Positions 50,198 to 59,679 of a stretch of DNA of 64,000 bases are shown piece by piece. Numbering within the stretch: position 1 is the stretch's first letter; every line of letters starts with the position of its first letter. Both the position numbers and the translations under genes were made by a program. Source of the stretch: a bacterium. Its GTDB lineage: Bacteria; UBP6; UBA1177. The stretch spans positions 11,623 through 75,622 of the forward strand of contig JAGCXM010000042.1 of NCBI GenBank assembly GCA_017961325.1. The letters run 5' to 3'. The notes under the pieces are model-generated. The model was not told the origin of the DNA. It ran no database searches and was given only the letters and a program-made list of their open reading frames with translations.

Positions 50198-51367
50198 TTG
50201 TTAAACGACTTTATTCCGATTGATAAAAGTTCCGCTATACGGGCCTTTCTTTTTTCACTTCTGACTGAAAGGGAAATCGAAATCACGGCAGACGGAGAAC
50301 TTCCTCTTGATGCCGTCTCTGCGCTTGAATCTCTTGAATTCTTCGGCAAAAAGGTCAGAAAAAACGGTAACTTGTTCAAAATTTCAGGGAAAACCGGAAA
50401 GCCTGATACGCCCGTTTTCTGCGGAAATTCTGCAACTCTCATGCACATTCTGATGGGGTTGGGAGTTTATCTCGGATTTGATCCGGAACTTACCGGCGAT
50501 GAATCTTTGATGTCGCGAAATCACGGCGATTTTTACGATGCAAAAAAACTATACGGCAGCGGTTTCCTCGAAACGGCTCTCACGAAAGAGAGCGCCCAGC
50601 TCAAATCCTTTCACCTGATTTCGATGCTGAAATCGGGCGGAAAACTTCATTTTAAATACAGAACAAGGAGAAACACGGAAGATTTTCTTCTGAAAATGGG
50701 AGCGGAAATAGTTGAAAATGAAAACATGATAACCGTCTTTCCCGCGGGTTCCCTGAACGGTTTTTCGGTAAGCCTGAAAAAAGACCCCTCTTCCGCTTTC
50801 ATAGCTGCCTGCGCCTCGTTAATTTGTGAAAAACCGTTTGAGATTTCAGATATTTATCTCGACAAAACAAGAATCGTGCCGCTTATTCTGCTCCGAAATG
50901 CAGGATACGATATAAACATGTCGGAAGAAAAGGATTCATTTTCTGTCGCCGGAACTCCGAAGCTTTGCGATATCGGCAGAAACATTGAAATTTTAGAAAA
51001 TCAAGTGCCGGAAATTATTGACGAAATACCTTTTATTGCATTTATGACGGCGCGTATCGGAAAAAGTTTTTCGGTCAAAGGTGCGAAGTGGCTCAGAAAC
51101 AAGGAGAGCGACCGGATAGAAGAGAGCGTGAAAAGGCTTTCTCCGCTTTTTGAAACTGCGGAGTATGAAGACGGTTTTGCAGTTTGCGGCAGTGTGAGGA
51201 AAATTCTGAAAACCGAGCCGCAGCACAGTTCCGATCACAGGATGGAAATGCTTTCTGCTCTGATTTCAATTGACAACGGAATCGATTTTAAAATGAACGG
51301 TTCGCATAGAATTTCGTTCCCGCTTTTTTGTGAAATGATTGAATTTTTGAGGAAAAATGGAAGATAG
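50198..51367 (+). CDS. aroA: 3-phosphoshikimate 1-carboxyvinyltransferase (EPSP synthase), short divergent form
   Basis: TTG start after GAGGGA RBS; alignable with E. coli AroA (GNSATLMH~GNAGTAMR, KESDRI~KETDRL, SDHRMEM~NDHRMAM). Confidence 0.7.
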   Translation: MLNDFIPIDKSSAIRAFLFSLLTEREIEITADGELPLDAVSALESLEFFGKKVRKNGNLFKISGKTGKPDTPVFCGNSATLMHILMGLGVYLGFDPELTGDESLMSRNHGDFYDAKKLYGSGFLETALTKESAQLKSFHLISMLKSGGKLHFKYRTRRNTEDFLLKMGAEIVENENMITVFPAGSLNGFSVSLKKDPSSAFIAACASLICEKPFEISDIYLDKTRIVPLILLRNAGYDINMSEEKDSFSVAGTPKLCDIGRNIEILENQVPEIIDEIPFIAFMTARIGKSFSVKGAKWLRNKESDRIEESVKRLSPLFETAEYEDGFAVCGSVRKILKTEPQHSSDHRMEMLSALISIDNGIDFKMNGSHRISFPLFCEMIEFLRKNGR

Positions 51368-51605
51368 AATCAAAAAATTGAGGCAAGAGCTTGATGTTAT
51401 TGACGACAATATCGCAAAACTTATCGCGTCAAGAATTGAAATCGGCAGGGAAATCGTCAGGCTGAAGAAGGAAGCCGGGTTGCCGAAAGATGACAAAAAT
51501 CGCGAAAATGAAATTTTGGAGCGCATTTCAAAACCTGATTCTCAGGTAGACGGACTTCTTAAAGAGCTTTACAAAAGGATCTTCGATTGGGTAAAAAATC
51601 AATAA
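51357..51605 (+). CDS. Chorismate mutase (AroQ class, 82 aa)
   Basis: Small all-helical protein with CM_2-like signature (LRQELDVIDDNIAKLIASRIEIGREI...K); sits beside aroA. Confidence 0.65.
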   Translation: MEDRIKKLRQELDVIDDNIAKLIASRIEIGREIVRLKKEAGLPKDDKNRENEILERISKPDSQVDGLLKELYKRIFDWVKNQ

Positions 51606-52645
51606 ATTCAGCCAAATACGCAAGAAAGGCGGAATTTTTGCTGATAGTTCTTACATCTTTTGTCCTTTATTTTTGCCTGAAAGAAAATCCGGATGAAAGA
51701 AAGGAAGAAGCCGACGGAACGTTTGATGACGGAATAATCGGTGATGTTGAAAACAATTTGGATACAACAGAGAATGTTTCAGTTTATTTCGATGACGATA
51801 TAGCTGAAATGATTGAAAAAATGATACTGAATGCCACGAAATCGGTGTATGCGGCAACTTACACCCATTCCGAGAACGGGATAACGGAATTTCTTGAAAA
51901 ACAGGCTGAAAAAGGGATAAAAATCAAGGTTGCTGCCGGGAAAAACAAAGAAAAATCGGAACCTGACTACGAATTTTCGCTTGTGAAAGTGCCGAACGGA
52001 ATATATCACCCGAAATTTTTCGTTTTTGACGGGCGGGATGTCGTCATTCTTTCGGCAAATATCTCTTCCGACAGAACGGCTTTCAACAATGCCGTTCTAT
52101 TCCGTAATGCGCCGGAAGCAGCTGAAATTCTTGAAGATGAAATCGATGACGTCTTTGAAGGAAGAATCGTAAGACGGTGCGAAAAAGGGTGTCAGACCGA
52201 AATCGGAACGATATTTTTCAATCCAGGAAAAGGATGCGTAAGAATCAGAGACGAGTTTATGAGTGCTAAAAGCTCAATAAAAGCAGGTATTTATACTTTG
52301 ACTCAAAAAAATCCGGTAATTACCGGACTGAAAAAAGCCGTCAGGAGAGGTGTAAAAACCTCAATAATTGCCGATAACTGGCAGGGAAACGACGGAAAAA
52401 TAGTTAACAAAAAGGCTTTCGGATACCTTGAAAGCATCGGAGCTGAGATGAAATATGACGAAGCCGGAATGAAAAACGAACGGACTTTCCACCACAAATT
52501 TGCTGAAATTGACGAAAAAACAGTAGTTTTCGGTTCGATGAACTGGACCTCCTCCGGATGTTACAGAAACAGGGAAATCATAGTCGTCAGCAAAGATGAA
52601 AAAATTGCAAAGGCTTTCTCTGAATATTTCGATAATTTTAAATGA
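51587..52645 (+). CDS. Phospholipase D family protein with N-terminal TM anchor
   Basis: Two HKD motifs (YHPKFFVFDG; HHKFAEIDEKTVVFGSMNWT). Confidence 0.7.
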   Translation: MGKKSINSAKYARKAEFLLIVLTSFVLYFCLKENPDERKEEADGTFDDGIIGDVENNLDTTENVSVYFDDDIAEMIEKMILNATKSVYAATYTHSENGITEFLEKQAEKGIKIKVAAGKNKEKSEPDYEFSLVKVPNGIYHPKFFVFDGRDVVILSANISSDRTAFNNAVLFRNAPEAAEILEDEIDDVFEGRIVRRCEKGCQTEIGTIFFNPGKGCVRIRDEFMSAKSSIKAGIYTLTQKNPVITGLKKAVRRGVKTSIIADNWQGNDGKIVNKKAFGYLESIGAEMKYDEAGMKNERTFHHKFAEIDEKTVVFGSMNWTSSGCYRNREIIVVSKDEKIAKAFSEYFDNFK

Positions 52646-52657
52646 TAGAAAAAGCTG

Positions 52658-53464
52658 TTAAAATCCGTTACTTATGAGCTTTACCATTTTGGCTGCGGCG
52701 TTACTTTCATCGGAAACCATAAGGTAGTTGTTTCCGGAATTCTGCCAGTATATCATCTCTTTTCCGGCGTTGCTGCGGTGACGTGCCTTGCAGATGTCGT
52801 TTTTTTTCACAAGACAGTCGCTGTCCGAAAAAAGTTTTTCCAGATGCTCGTTCTGCTTCGAAAGAAAAAGGGTTCCCTTGATTTTGTCGTCATTGGAATC
52901 GAGCGTTATTTTTGCCGTCGGAGTCGCCGCAATCGACGTGAATCTCCCGCTCAGCTTCGGTCTTTTCGTAAACTCTGAAAAAGTCACGGTTTTGAATTTT
53001 TCCTTCAGTTCGTCTTCTGCCGCCGGACTGCTGCCGAATTCGTCCGGAAGAGCCTGATTATGGGCGTTCATTATCTCGTTTATGATAAGATTGTTTTCTT
53101 TTTCTATATTCGAAAGGGTGAAGACGAAGGCTAAGACAAGGCATGAAAACGAGAAAAACGAGAATGCCAAAGTTGCAGCACGGTTTCTGAAAAGACCTTT
53201 TATTAAATCTGTAAGCGATTGTTTTTGCTGCGCTTTTTGATCTATCAGTCTCAAAAAGCCCTCTTTTTCTATTAAAGAAAGTTTTTCACTTTCGGCAAAA
53301 GCGAGCGCCATTTTTTTCACGCCGGTTATACTCTCGTATTTTTCCCGGCAAACAGGGCAGCTTCTGATGTGCGCCGCAACTTCGGAACTTTCGGAATAAT
53401 CAAGTTCCCTGTCGGCAAACTGCTCGATAAACAGTTCGTTGAAATCACAATCCTTTTCAGGCAT
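52658..53464 (-). CDS. Anti-sigma factor (zf-HC2 N-terminus, single TM, extracytoplasmic C-domain)
   Basis: HxxxCxxC motif (HIRSCPVCRE), central TM, 8-nt overlap with upstream ECF sigma gene. Confidence 0.6.
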   Translation of the reverse strand: MPEKDCDFNELFIEQFADRELDYSESSEVAAHIRSCPVCREKYESITGVKKMALAFAESEKLSLIEKEGFLRLIDQKAQQKQSLTDLIKGLFRNRAATLAFSFFSFSCLVLAFVFTLSNIEKENNLIINEIMNAHNQALPDEFGSSPAAEDELKEKFKTVTFSEFTKRPKLSGRFTSIAATPTAKITLDSNDDKIKGTLFLSKQNEHLEKLFSDSDCLVKKNDICKARHRSNAGKEMIYWQNSGNNYLMVSDESNAAAKMVKLISNGF

Positions 53465-53999
53465 TTTTCCGTTCCTTCCTTATGATTTGTAATTCTTCCG
53501 CCTCTCTTCCGAAAGCTTTTTTGAGGAAATTTCTGCCGCGGTGAAGCCTGCTCATCACAGTTCCTACCGGGATTTCAAGAGTTTTCGCCGTCTCTTCGTA
53601 GGAAAGTTCCTCGATAAGAACCAGTTCGACAACTTCACGGTACTCCAACGGCATGTTTTCAAAAACTTCGCGGATTCTGCTTTTTAAAATCGGATCGCCG
53701 AGTTCTTCCGGCGTTATGCGGGTGTCGGGAAAATCTATTACCGGCGAATCGTCGTTCTGAAGATCTGAGAACGAAACTTCGTTGATAACTGCATCACGCT
53801 TGATTTTATTGATGAAATTGTTCTTCAAAACTCTGAAAATCCACGATTTGAAGTGATCTTCCTCTTTGTAAAGATGCTTTTTTGAAAGAACCGTGACGAT
53901 AGTGTCCTGCATAAGATCAAGAGCTTTTTCGCGGTTTCCGGTAATGAAAAGCGCGTAGTTGAAAATCGTATCTATGTTGTTTTTAAGCAATTCTTCCAT
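53457..53999 (-). CDS. ECF (group 4) RNA polymerase sigma factor
   Basis: Sigma-70 region 2 and region 4 HTH (LIEELSYEETAKTLEIPVGTVMSRL); start trimmed to MEELLKNN. Confidence 0.8.
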   Translation of the reverse strand: MEELLKNNIDTIFNYALFITGNREKALDLMQDTIVTVLSKKHLYKEEDHFKSWIFRVLKNNFINKIKRDAVINEVSFSDLQNDDSPVIDFPDTRITPEELGDPILKSRIREVFENMPLEYREVVELVLIEELSYEETAKTLEIPVGTVMSRLHRGRNFLKKAFGREAEELQIIRKERKNA

Positions 54000-54063
54000 C
54001 TCGGTTCCCACAATGAACAGACGCAAAAGAAACAGGAAAAGTATAAAAAATATTCCGAAAAAA

Positions 54064-54639
54064 TTATTTCCAGAGGAAAACTTCGGTCGCAAGAACGAGG
54101 TTGAAGTAAAAATTCGACCTTTCGACGAAGTATTTGCCGAGTGCCGGAGCAAGATAGATGTTCACCGATTCGTGCGGCGAAACGTACGTGCCGAGCCTAA
54201 GTTCCAGAGCCACGCGGGTGTCGGAAGTATCGATCGGATCGGCTGTCACGATGGTTAAAAATTCACCTCTGAAGCCCGAAATTTTTATTCCTGCCGATAC
54301 CGTGGCGGCTGCTTCTCCGCCCAGATACATCTTGTTGAAATGGCGGTTCGTGAGAAAAAATCCGTCTATTTTCAGAAGTCCGGCTACATGTTCGCTGTCA
54401 AGCCACTGCCAGCCTATGCCGAATTTCATGCCGGGATTTTGAAAACGGTTGACCATAAGCCCGAAATTCAGGTTGAGGTATTGAATCAGCGGCGCGTTGT
54501 ATAGAAAATTCGATTCCTCAAGCGATACGGTTGCCGATAACGACGGGATTTTGTCGCCGGAAATCCTGTCGCTGAGAACTGCGTGGAGATTCGCGAAAAG
54601 AAGGAAAATAAATATGAAAACGGAAAACTTTTTATTCAT
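54064..54639 (-). CDS. Small outer-membrane beta-barrel-like protein (191 aa)
   Basis: Signal peptide; alternating hydrophobic pattern; upstream of and co-oriented with ECF sigma. Confidence 0.4.
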   Translation of the reverse strand: MNKKFSVFIFIFLLFANLHAVLSDRISGDKIPSLSATVSLEESNFLYNAPLIQYLNLNFGLMVNRFQNPGMKFGIGWQWLDSEHVAGLLKIDGFFLTNRHFNKMYLGGEAAATVSAGIKISGFRGEFLTIVTADPIDTSDTRVALELRLGTYVSPHESVNIYLAPALGKYFVERSNFYFNLVLATEVFLWK

Positions 54640-55439
54640 TTGGTTTCTTCATTTCCTTCAGAACGTTTTCAATCACGCGGTCGAATTCACCTGCACTTTC
54701 CATAGTAGTGAAGCAGTCGAGTATCAGAAATCCGTCTTCTTTTTTCATAGTCGAAATCAGCCCCAGATTTTCGTAACTTTCTATGGTAAAATGAAAGAAA
54801 AAATTTTCTTTCGGCTTCATTTTTATGATTCTGTGCCACGCCATTTCAATTCTCCATAAAACCGCTGAATTAACGCGGTAAAAGCGTTTCGTGTCAAGTT
54901 TTTTTGTGTGTGAACGGTGCCAGGCCGGCATTGAATATGCAGATATGCCCAACCGGCGGCAAAAAAACGTGGGCCAAAGCCACCGCTTGATTTCAACGGC
55001 ACTCCACGAACCGTCTGGCATTTCGATTACTGCATCGATTTCTTTGCCGGAATAATCCTGATAGTGATAGAGGTTTCCTCCGAATGATCCGGCGTAGATC
55101 CTTAAATCTCTTTCGCACATGGCTTCGGATAGAAAGTCCAATATATTCAAGTTGTTAAGCAGAATTTCAGGCGTGCTCTAATAAGTGAAAAGCAAGCAAA
55201 GGATCGGCAAAATGGCGTTTCTCCTGCTGCTTCACCCTGACGGAAGAGCGAATATTCGATGAAAACAGCATGATATTGTCAAACAGAAAAAGCCTTTCAA
55301 AAACTTCAAGGTATGACGATATTGTGTTTATGTCCACAGTTGAATCGTCTTTTTCCGCGATATCCTTCTGCAGAGTTCTGATAGAAACAACGGCACTTTC
55401 ATTCCGAGCCAGACATACCATGTTCATACAAATTCGCAA
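54632..55439 (-). pseudogene. Decayed C-terminal remnant of an AAA-ATPase/DUF4143 gene (paralog of 57608..58882)
   Basis: Two adjacent ORF fragments align with the C-terminal half of the intact paralog (ARNESAVVSIRTLQKDI~ARNLGSQITVKAICEDL; MCERDLRIYAGSFGG~MCVRDLRVFADALDG); AAA domain missing, frame disrupted. Confidence 0.6.
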
Positions 55440-55528
55440 GAATCATTCATACAAATTTTGGTGTTGTGCTCAAATGTAACTTGACTGCAAGGCGTGTTGC
55501 GGTTTATATAATGCGGCAAAATTGAATC

Positions 55529-55993
55529 ATGGAGGATCCATTGACCGATTACAGAATCCTTTTGAAACAGGCGGATGATATAATCGAAAGCGAGCCGTGG
55601 TGCGTCGCGGCTCTCAGCAACATTTCGTCTCTCGTCATGGCAAGTCTGAAAGACCTCAACTGGGCGGGATTCTACCTCGTGAGAAACGGCGTTCTCACGG
55701 TCGGGCCGTTTCAGGGAAAGCCAGCGTGCATCCATATCCAGCCTGGAAAAGGGGTGTGCGGGACGGCACTTCTCAAAGACGAGACTCTTCTTGTTCCCGA
55801 TGTCCACGAATTTCCGGGTCACATCGCCTGCGACAGCGCGTCGAACTCTGAAATAGTCGTGCCGATACACTCAAACGGAAAGATCGTCGCGGTCCTCGAT
55901 ATCGACAGTCCGCTTCTCAGCCGTTTTTCCGAAACCGACAAAGCGGGACTTGAGCAGCTTGTGAAACTTCTGGATGAAAAGCTGGTGTGGTGA
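55529..55993 (+). CDS. msrC: GAF-domain free methionine-(R)-sulfoxide reductase (MsrC/YebR-like)
   Basis: 154 aa, GKGVCGTA motif typical of fRMsr. Confidence 0.7.
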   Translation: MEDPLTDYRILLKQADDIIESEPWCVAALSNISSLVMASLKDLNWAGFYLVRNGVLTVGPFQGKPACIHIQPGKGVCGTALLKDETLLVPDVHEFPGHIACDSASNSEIVVPIHSNGKIVAVLDIDSPLLSRFSETDKAGLEQLVKLLDEKLVW

Positions 55994-56177
55994 CTCCACA
56001 ATGTGAGAGCCAGTTCCCAGACCCCCTCAGGCTGCTGCGCAGCCAGAACGGCAGTCTGGAGGTATGGAGCTGCCGCAAAGCGGCTGAGGAGTAATAAGTG
56101 TCACCGAATAGTTTGATTTTATTAAATCTTTGTGCATGATTGCGCTGTTTTGATGTGGTTCGGAAAGGAGTCGGATA

Positions 56178-57458
56178 GTGGCAAAGCCGTATTTTTCATT
56201 TTATCTGGTTTTCTTTTTTCTGTTCATTCCGCTGTTCCAGTGCTTCTGCGCTTTTGCTGAAGAAAATCAGGATGTTAAGAATGGAGCGCTCGTGTCGGCG
56301 GTAAAGATCGAAGGTCTGGGAAGGACAAAGGAATCCTATATGCTCTCGGTGCTCGGGAAGTATGTCGGGACCCCTGAAAGCCGTATCGATCTGCATGAAG
56401 TCAAGGTCACTCTTGAGGAGTTGGAACTTTTTTCCGAGACTGAGGTCTCGCTTAAGAAAGATGAAAACGGCGCTGCTGTGCTTTTCATAAAAGTTAAGGA
56501 AAAATGGTCGTTCATTCCGGTCCCTTTTTTCATGTATTCAAGCTCGACAGGCTTTATGGGCGGGGCTTTCGTGATGGATACGAACGCCTTCGGGATCAGG
56601 GACAACTATGTCGTTGGCGGAGTTTTTTCTAAAAATATCCAGCTCGCGCTTATGGCCTACAGCAGACCGACGCGTGACATCAGACACCCCGGTTTTACGG
56701 TGGGAGCATCTTTTAACCACCGCGACAACGAGGAGAAGAATCTTTCAGGTGAAAAAATATTCGAATACAACGCAATGGGCGGTTCGGTTTATGCCGCAGT
56801 GAGCGATAAGATTACGGCACATTCGAAGATAAACGCCGGTCTGCGCTACAGCTACACCAATGCCGGCGTTAAGAAAAAATACACGGAATACAAAGAAAAA
56901 GTCAAGTCTTTTCACGCAATTACGCCGGGAGTTGGCTGGGACGTCAGTTTTTCATCGCTTAACGAATGGTTTCTGTCGGTGAAATCGTTCAGCATAGACG
57001 GCGCTGTGACGGTCCTGGCTTCTGGAAGCTGCGCGGAATCCCTCGGTTTTAAGTTTACGATACAGTATCCGCTGCCTGTTACGCGCCTTCGGGTGCTTAC
57101 ACAATATGCGCTTTACCTGTCAAACAACCTTCCGGTCCCGCTGAGACCAACACAGATGGTCGTAGGAACGACGATAATGCCGGACAAATTCCACGGCACC
57201 AAGATGGGAGGCGCCGATTTTGGTCTTGAAGTCGGCATTCTGAACACGAAATTCGTTATGTTTTCGGCTTACGGGCTTTTGGAGCAGTTTGCCGGAGAGG
57301 ATTCCGACGGAAGTTTCGTAATGAATTTCGGATATTCGACCGGATTGAAAATGTATCTGAAAAAACTGGCGATACCGGCGATCGCGGTCGGCGTTTCGCA
57401 CAATCTGATGCAGAACGAAATCAAGTTTTCCGCAACGATAGGAATGGGAGGATTTTAG
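56178..57458 (+). CDS. Omp85-superfamily outer membrane protein with single POTRA domain
   Basis: GTG start; signal peptide; POTRA-like N-domain; C-terminal barrel ending in aromatic residue (GGF). Confidence 0.5.
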   Translation: MAKPYFSFYLVFFFLFIPLFQCFCAFAEENQDVKNGALVSAVKIEGLGRTKESYMLSVLGKYVGTPESRIDLHEVKVTLEELELFSETEVSLKKDENGAAVLFIKVKEKWSFIPVPFFMYSSSTGFMGGAFVMDTNAFGIRDNYVVGGVFSKNIQLALMAYSRPTRDIRHPGFTVGASFNHRDNEEKNLSGEKIFEYNAMGGSVYAAVSDKITAHSKINAGLRYSYTNAGVKKKYTEYKEKVKSFHAITPGVGWDVSFSSLNEWFLSVKSFSIDGAVTVLASGSCAESLGFKFTIQYPLPVTRLRVLTQYALYLSNNLPVPLRPTQMVVGTTIMPDKFHGTKMGGADFGLEVGILNTKFVMFSAYGLLEQFAGEDSDGSFVMNFGYSTGLKMYLKKLAIPAIAVGVSHNLMQNEIKFSATIGMGGF

Positions 57459-57485
57459 TCCTTATTTCAGAAAATTCTGATCCGG

Positions 57486-57554
57486 AAATCCGCCAATTTG
57501 CCAAACGAAAATACGCCAAATTGCCAAACAAAAATCCGCCAATTTGCCAAATTG
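57486..57554 (+). repeat. Three tandem ~22-bp direct repeats (core CGCCAAwTTGCCAAA)
   Basis: AAATCCGCCAATTTGCCAAAC / GAAAATACGCCAAATTGCCAAAC / AAAAATCCGCCAATTTGCCAAATTG directly upstream of AAA-DUF4143 gene. Confidence 0.7.
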
Positions 57555-57607
57555 CTTGATTTCAGTGAATTTTTCAGTATGCTCTTTTTGTGTTTTTGGA
57601 GGGTAGA

Positions 57608-58882
57608 ATGAAAAAGTATAAACACAGAGTGGTTGATTCGCTTTTGGTGAAAAAGTTAAAAGGCAAAGGTGCTGTTCTGGTTGAAGGTGCAAAATGGTGC
57701 GGAAAAACTACGACGGCGGAGCAGGTTGCAGGCAGCATTCTTTACATGTCGGATCCGGCGAAATTTAAGCAGAATCTTCAGGTTGCCGAAATAAATCCTG
57801 GAATATTGCTTCAAGGTGATGTTCCGCGGCTTATAGATGAATGGCAGGTTGCTCCGCAGTTGTGGGATGCGGTGCGTTTTGAAGTCGATCATCGAGACGG
57901 TTTCGGGCAGTTCATTCTTACAGGCTCTGCTGTTCCGGTAAGCAGCGATGAAATTTATCACAGCGGAACAGGACGTTTTTCGTGGCTTTTGATGAGACCG
58001 ATGAGCCTTTTTGAATCAGGTGAATCAAACGGAAGCGTAAGTATAAAACAACTTTTTGAAACTCCAGAGCAGATATCGGGAGTCAACAAGCTGGATTTGA
58101 AGGATATAGCTTTCCTGATATGCCGCGGCGGCTGGCCTAAAGCGTGTGAAATGGATAATGAAACAGCTCTTTCTCAGGCGTTCGATTATTTTGATGCGGT
58201 CGTGCGTTCCGATATTTCAAGGGCTGACGGTATTTCAAAAAATCCTGACAGAGTAAGGCGTCTGATGCGTTCTCTCGCAAGAAACCTCGGTTCTCAGATC
58301 ACGGTCAAAGCTATCTGTGAGGATCTCCAGACAAACGAGGCTTCCGATTTTTCAGATACCACGGTCAATTCCTACATAAACGCTTTGAAAAAAATATTTG
58401 TTGTCGAGGATATGCCTGCGTGGAATCCTAATTTAAGATCGAAAACGGCGATCCGCAGCTCGGAAACGCGTTATTTTGTAGACCCTTCGATCGCTGTTGC
58501 AGCTCTCGGTCTTGGTCCGGATGATTTGATTAACGATCTTAATACCTTAGGACTGCTTTTTGAAACTATGTGCGTGAGAGATCTCAGGGTTTTTGCCGAT
58601 GCGCTTGACGGAGAAGTCCGCCATTACAGGGATAAAAACGGGCTTGAATGTGACGCTGTCGTGCATTTACGCAACGGTTCCTTCGGATTGGTTGAAATAA
58701 AACTCGGCGGCGAAACAGCGATAGAACACGGTGCCGCGACGCTGAAAAAGCTCTCTTCGCTGATAAATACCGAAAAAATGAAAGCACCCTCTTTTATGAT
58801 GATTCTTACGGCTGTCGGTGATTATGCTTATCGCAGGAACGACGGCGTATATATCGTTCCGATCGGTTGTCTTGGAGAATAA
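57608..58882 (+). CDS. AAA+ ATPase with C-terminal DUF4143 domain (COG1373 family)
   Basis: Walker A GAKWCGKTT, Walker B region ILVLENL/IDEWQ; C-terminal DUF4143-like region; start at MKKYKH after GGAGGG RBS. Confidence 0.8.
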   Translation: MKKYKHRVVDSLLVKKLKGKGAVLVEGAKWCGKTTTAEQVAGSILYMSDPAKFKQNLQVAEINPGILLQGDVPRLIDEWQVAPQLWDAVRFEVDHRDGFGQFILTGSAVPVSSDEIYHSGTGRFSWLLMRPMSLFESGESNGSVSIKQLFETPEQISGVNKLDLKDIAFLICRGGWPKACEMDNETALSQAFDYFDAVVRSDISRADGISKNPDRVRRLMRSLARNLGSQITVKAICEDLQTNEASDFSDTTVNSYINALKKIFVVEDMPAWNPNLRSKTAIRSSETRYFVDPSIAVAALGLGPDDLINDLNTLGLLFETMCVRDLRVFADALDGEVRHYRDKNGLECDAVVHLRNGSFGLVEIKLGGETAIEHGAATLKKLSSLINTEKMKAPSFMMILTAVGDYAYRRNDGVYIVPIGCLGE

Positions 58883-58925
58883 ATCCGCCAATTTGCCAAG
58901 CAAAAATCCGCCAAATTGCCAAATT
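58881..58925 (+). repeat. Two further copies of the 22-bp CGCCAAwTTGCCAA repeat, same orientation
   Basis: AAATCCGCCAATTTGCCAAGC / AAAAATCCGCCAAATTGCCAAATT beginning at the stop codon of the AAA-DUF4143 gene. Confidence 0.7.
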
Positions 58926-58938
58926 ATAAAAAGCTCTT

Positions 58939-58990
58939 GACAAAAGTATCATTGTGATGATATAAAAAATCGTGTCATTGTGGTGATACA
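58939..58990 (+). promoter_or_regulatory. Putative sigma70-like promoter with paired direct-repeat operator upstream of DUF3990/DUF3791 operon
   Basis: TTGACA -18 nt- TATAAA; the -10 sits between two copies of TCATTGTG(A/G)TGATA spaced 21 bp apart. Confidence 0.35.
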
Positions 58991-59007
58991 AAATAGGAGG
59001 CTTAAGT

Positions 59008-59679
59008 ATGATTCTATATCACGGATCAACGAAAATCATTGAGAAACCGACTCTTGTGGCAGGGAAAAAACACAATGACTACGGACAGGGATTCTACTGC
59101 ACAAAGGAGATCGAAGTCGCCAAAGAGTGGGCGTGCAGGGAAAACAGCAACGGTTTTGTCAACAAATACAGGCTGAAAAAAAGCGGGCTCAAAGTGCTCG
59201 ACATGCAGGATAAACGCTGCTCGGTCCTGAATTGGATCGCCGTTCTGCTGCAAAACAGGACTTTTTCGCTGGAAAACGAGATCGCAGCTGCGGCAAAAGA
59301 GTATATCGTGAACAACTTTGCAGTTGATACGGCTCCTTTTGATGTTGTTACTGGCTACCGCGCTGACGATTCCTATTTTTCTTTTGCCAGGGATTTCATC
59401 AACAATACTCTGCCGCTTGCAAGTCTGGAAAAGGCTATGCACCTGGGAAAACTCGGCATTCAGTACGTTCTTGTTTCGGAAAAAGCATTTACTCAGCTGA
59501 TTTTTACCGGAGCCGAAGCGGTCAGTTGTGAAACATATTTCCCGAAATATACGGCGCGTGACTCTGATGCAAGAGCGGCTTATAAAGAAGAGATCCGTCG
59601 TGCCGTGATATCTAAAAGTATTTTTGTGATGGATATTATCCGGGAGGGAATGAAAAATGGCGATCCGCGCATACAGTGA
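59008..59679 (+). CDS. DUF3990 protein with diphtheria-toxin-like H-Y-E ADP-ribosyltransferase N-terminal motif
   Basis: LYHGS ... GQGFYCT closely resembles diphtheria toxin SYHGT ... KGFYST (His21, Tyr65 context); GGAGG RBS. Confidence 0.65.
   Translation: MILYHGSTKIIEKPTLVAGKKHNDYGQGFYCTKEIEVAKEWACRENSNGFVNKYRLKKSGLKVLDMQDKRCSVLNWIAVLLQNRTFSLENEIAAAAKEYIVNNFAVDTAPFDVVTGYRADDSYFSFARDFINNTLPLASLEKAMHLGKLGIQYVLVSEKAFTQLIFTGAEAVSCETYFPKYTARDSDARAAYKEEIRRAVISKSIFVMDIIREGMKNGDPRIQ

Noticed and set aside
57486-58925. CRISPR array
   Set aside because: The repeat units are contiguous without spacers, are ~22 bp long, and are split on both sides of a gene; no cas genes are present
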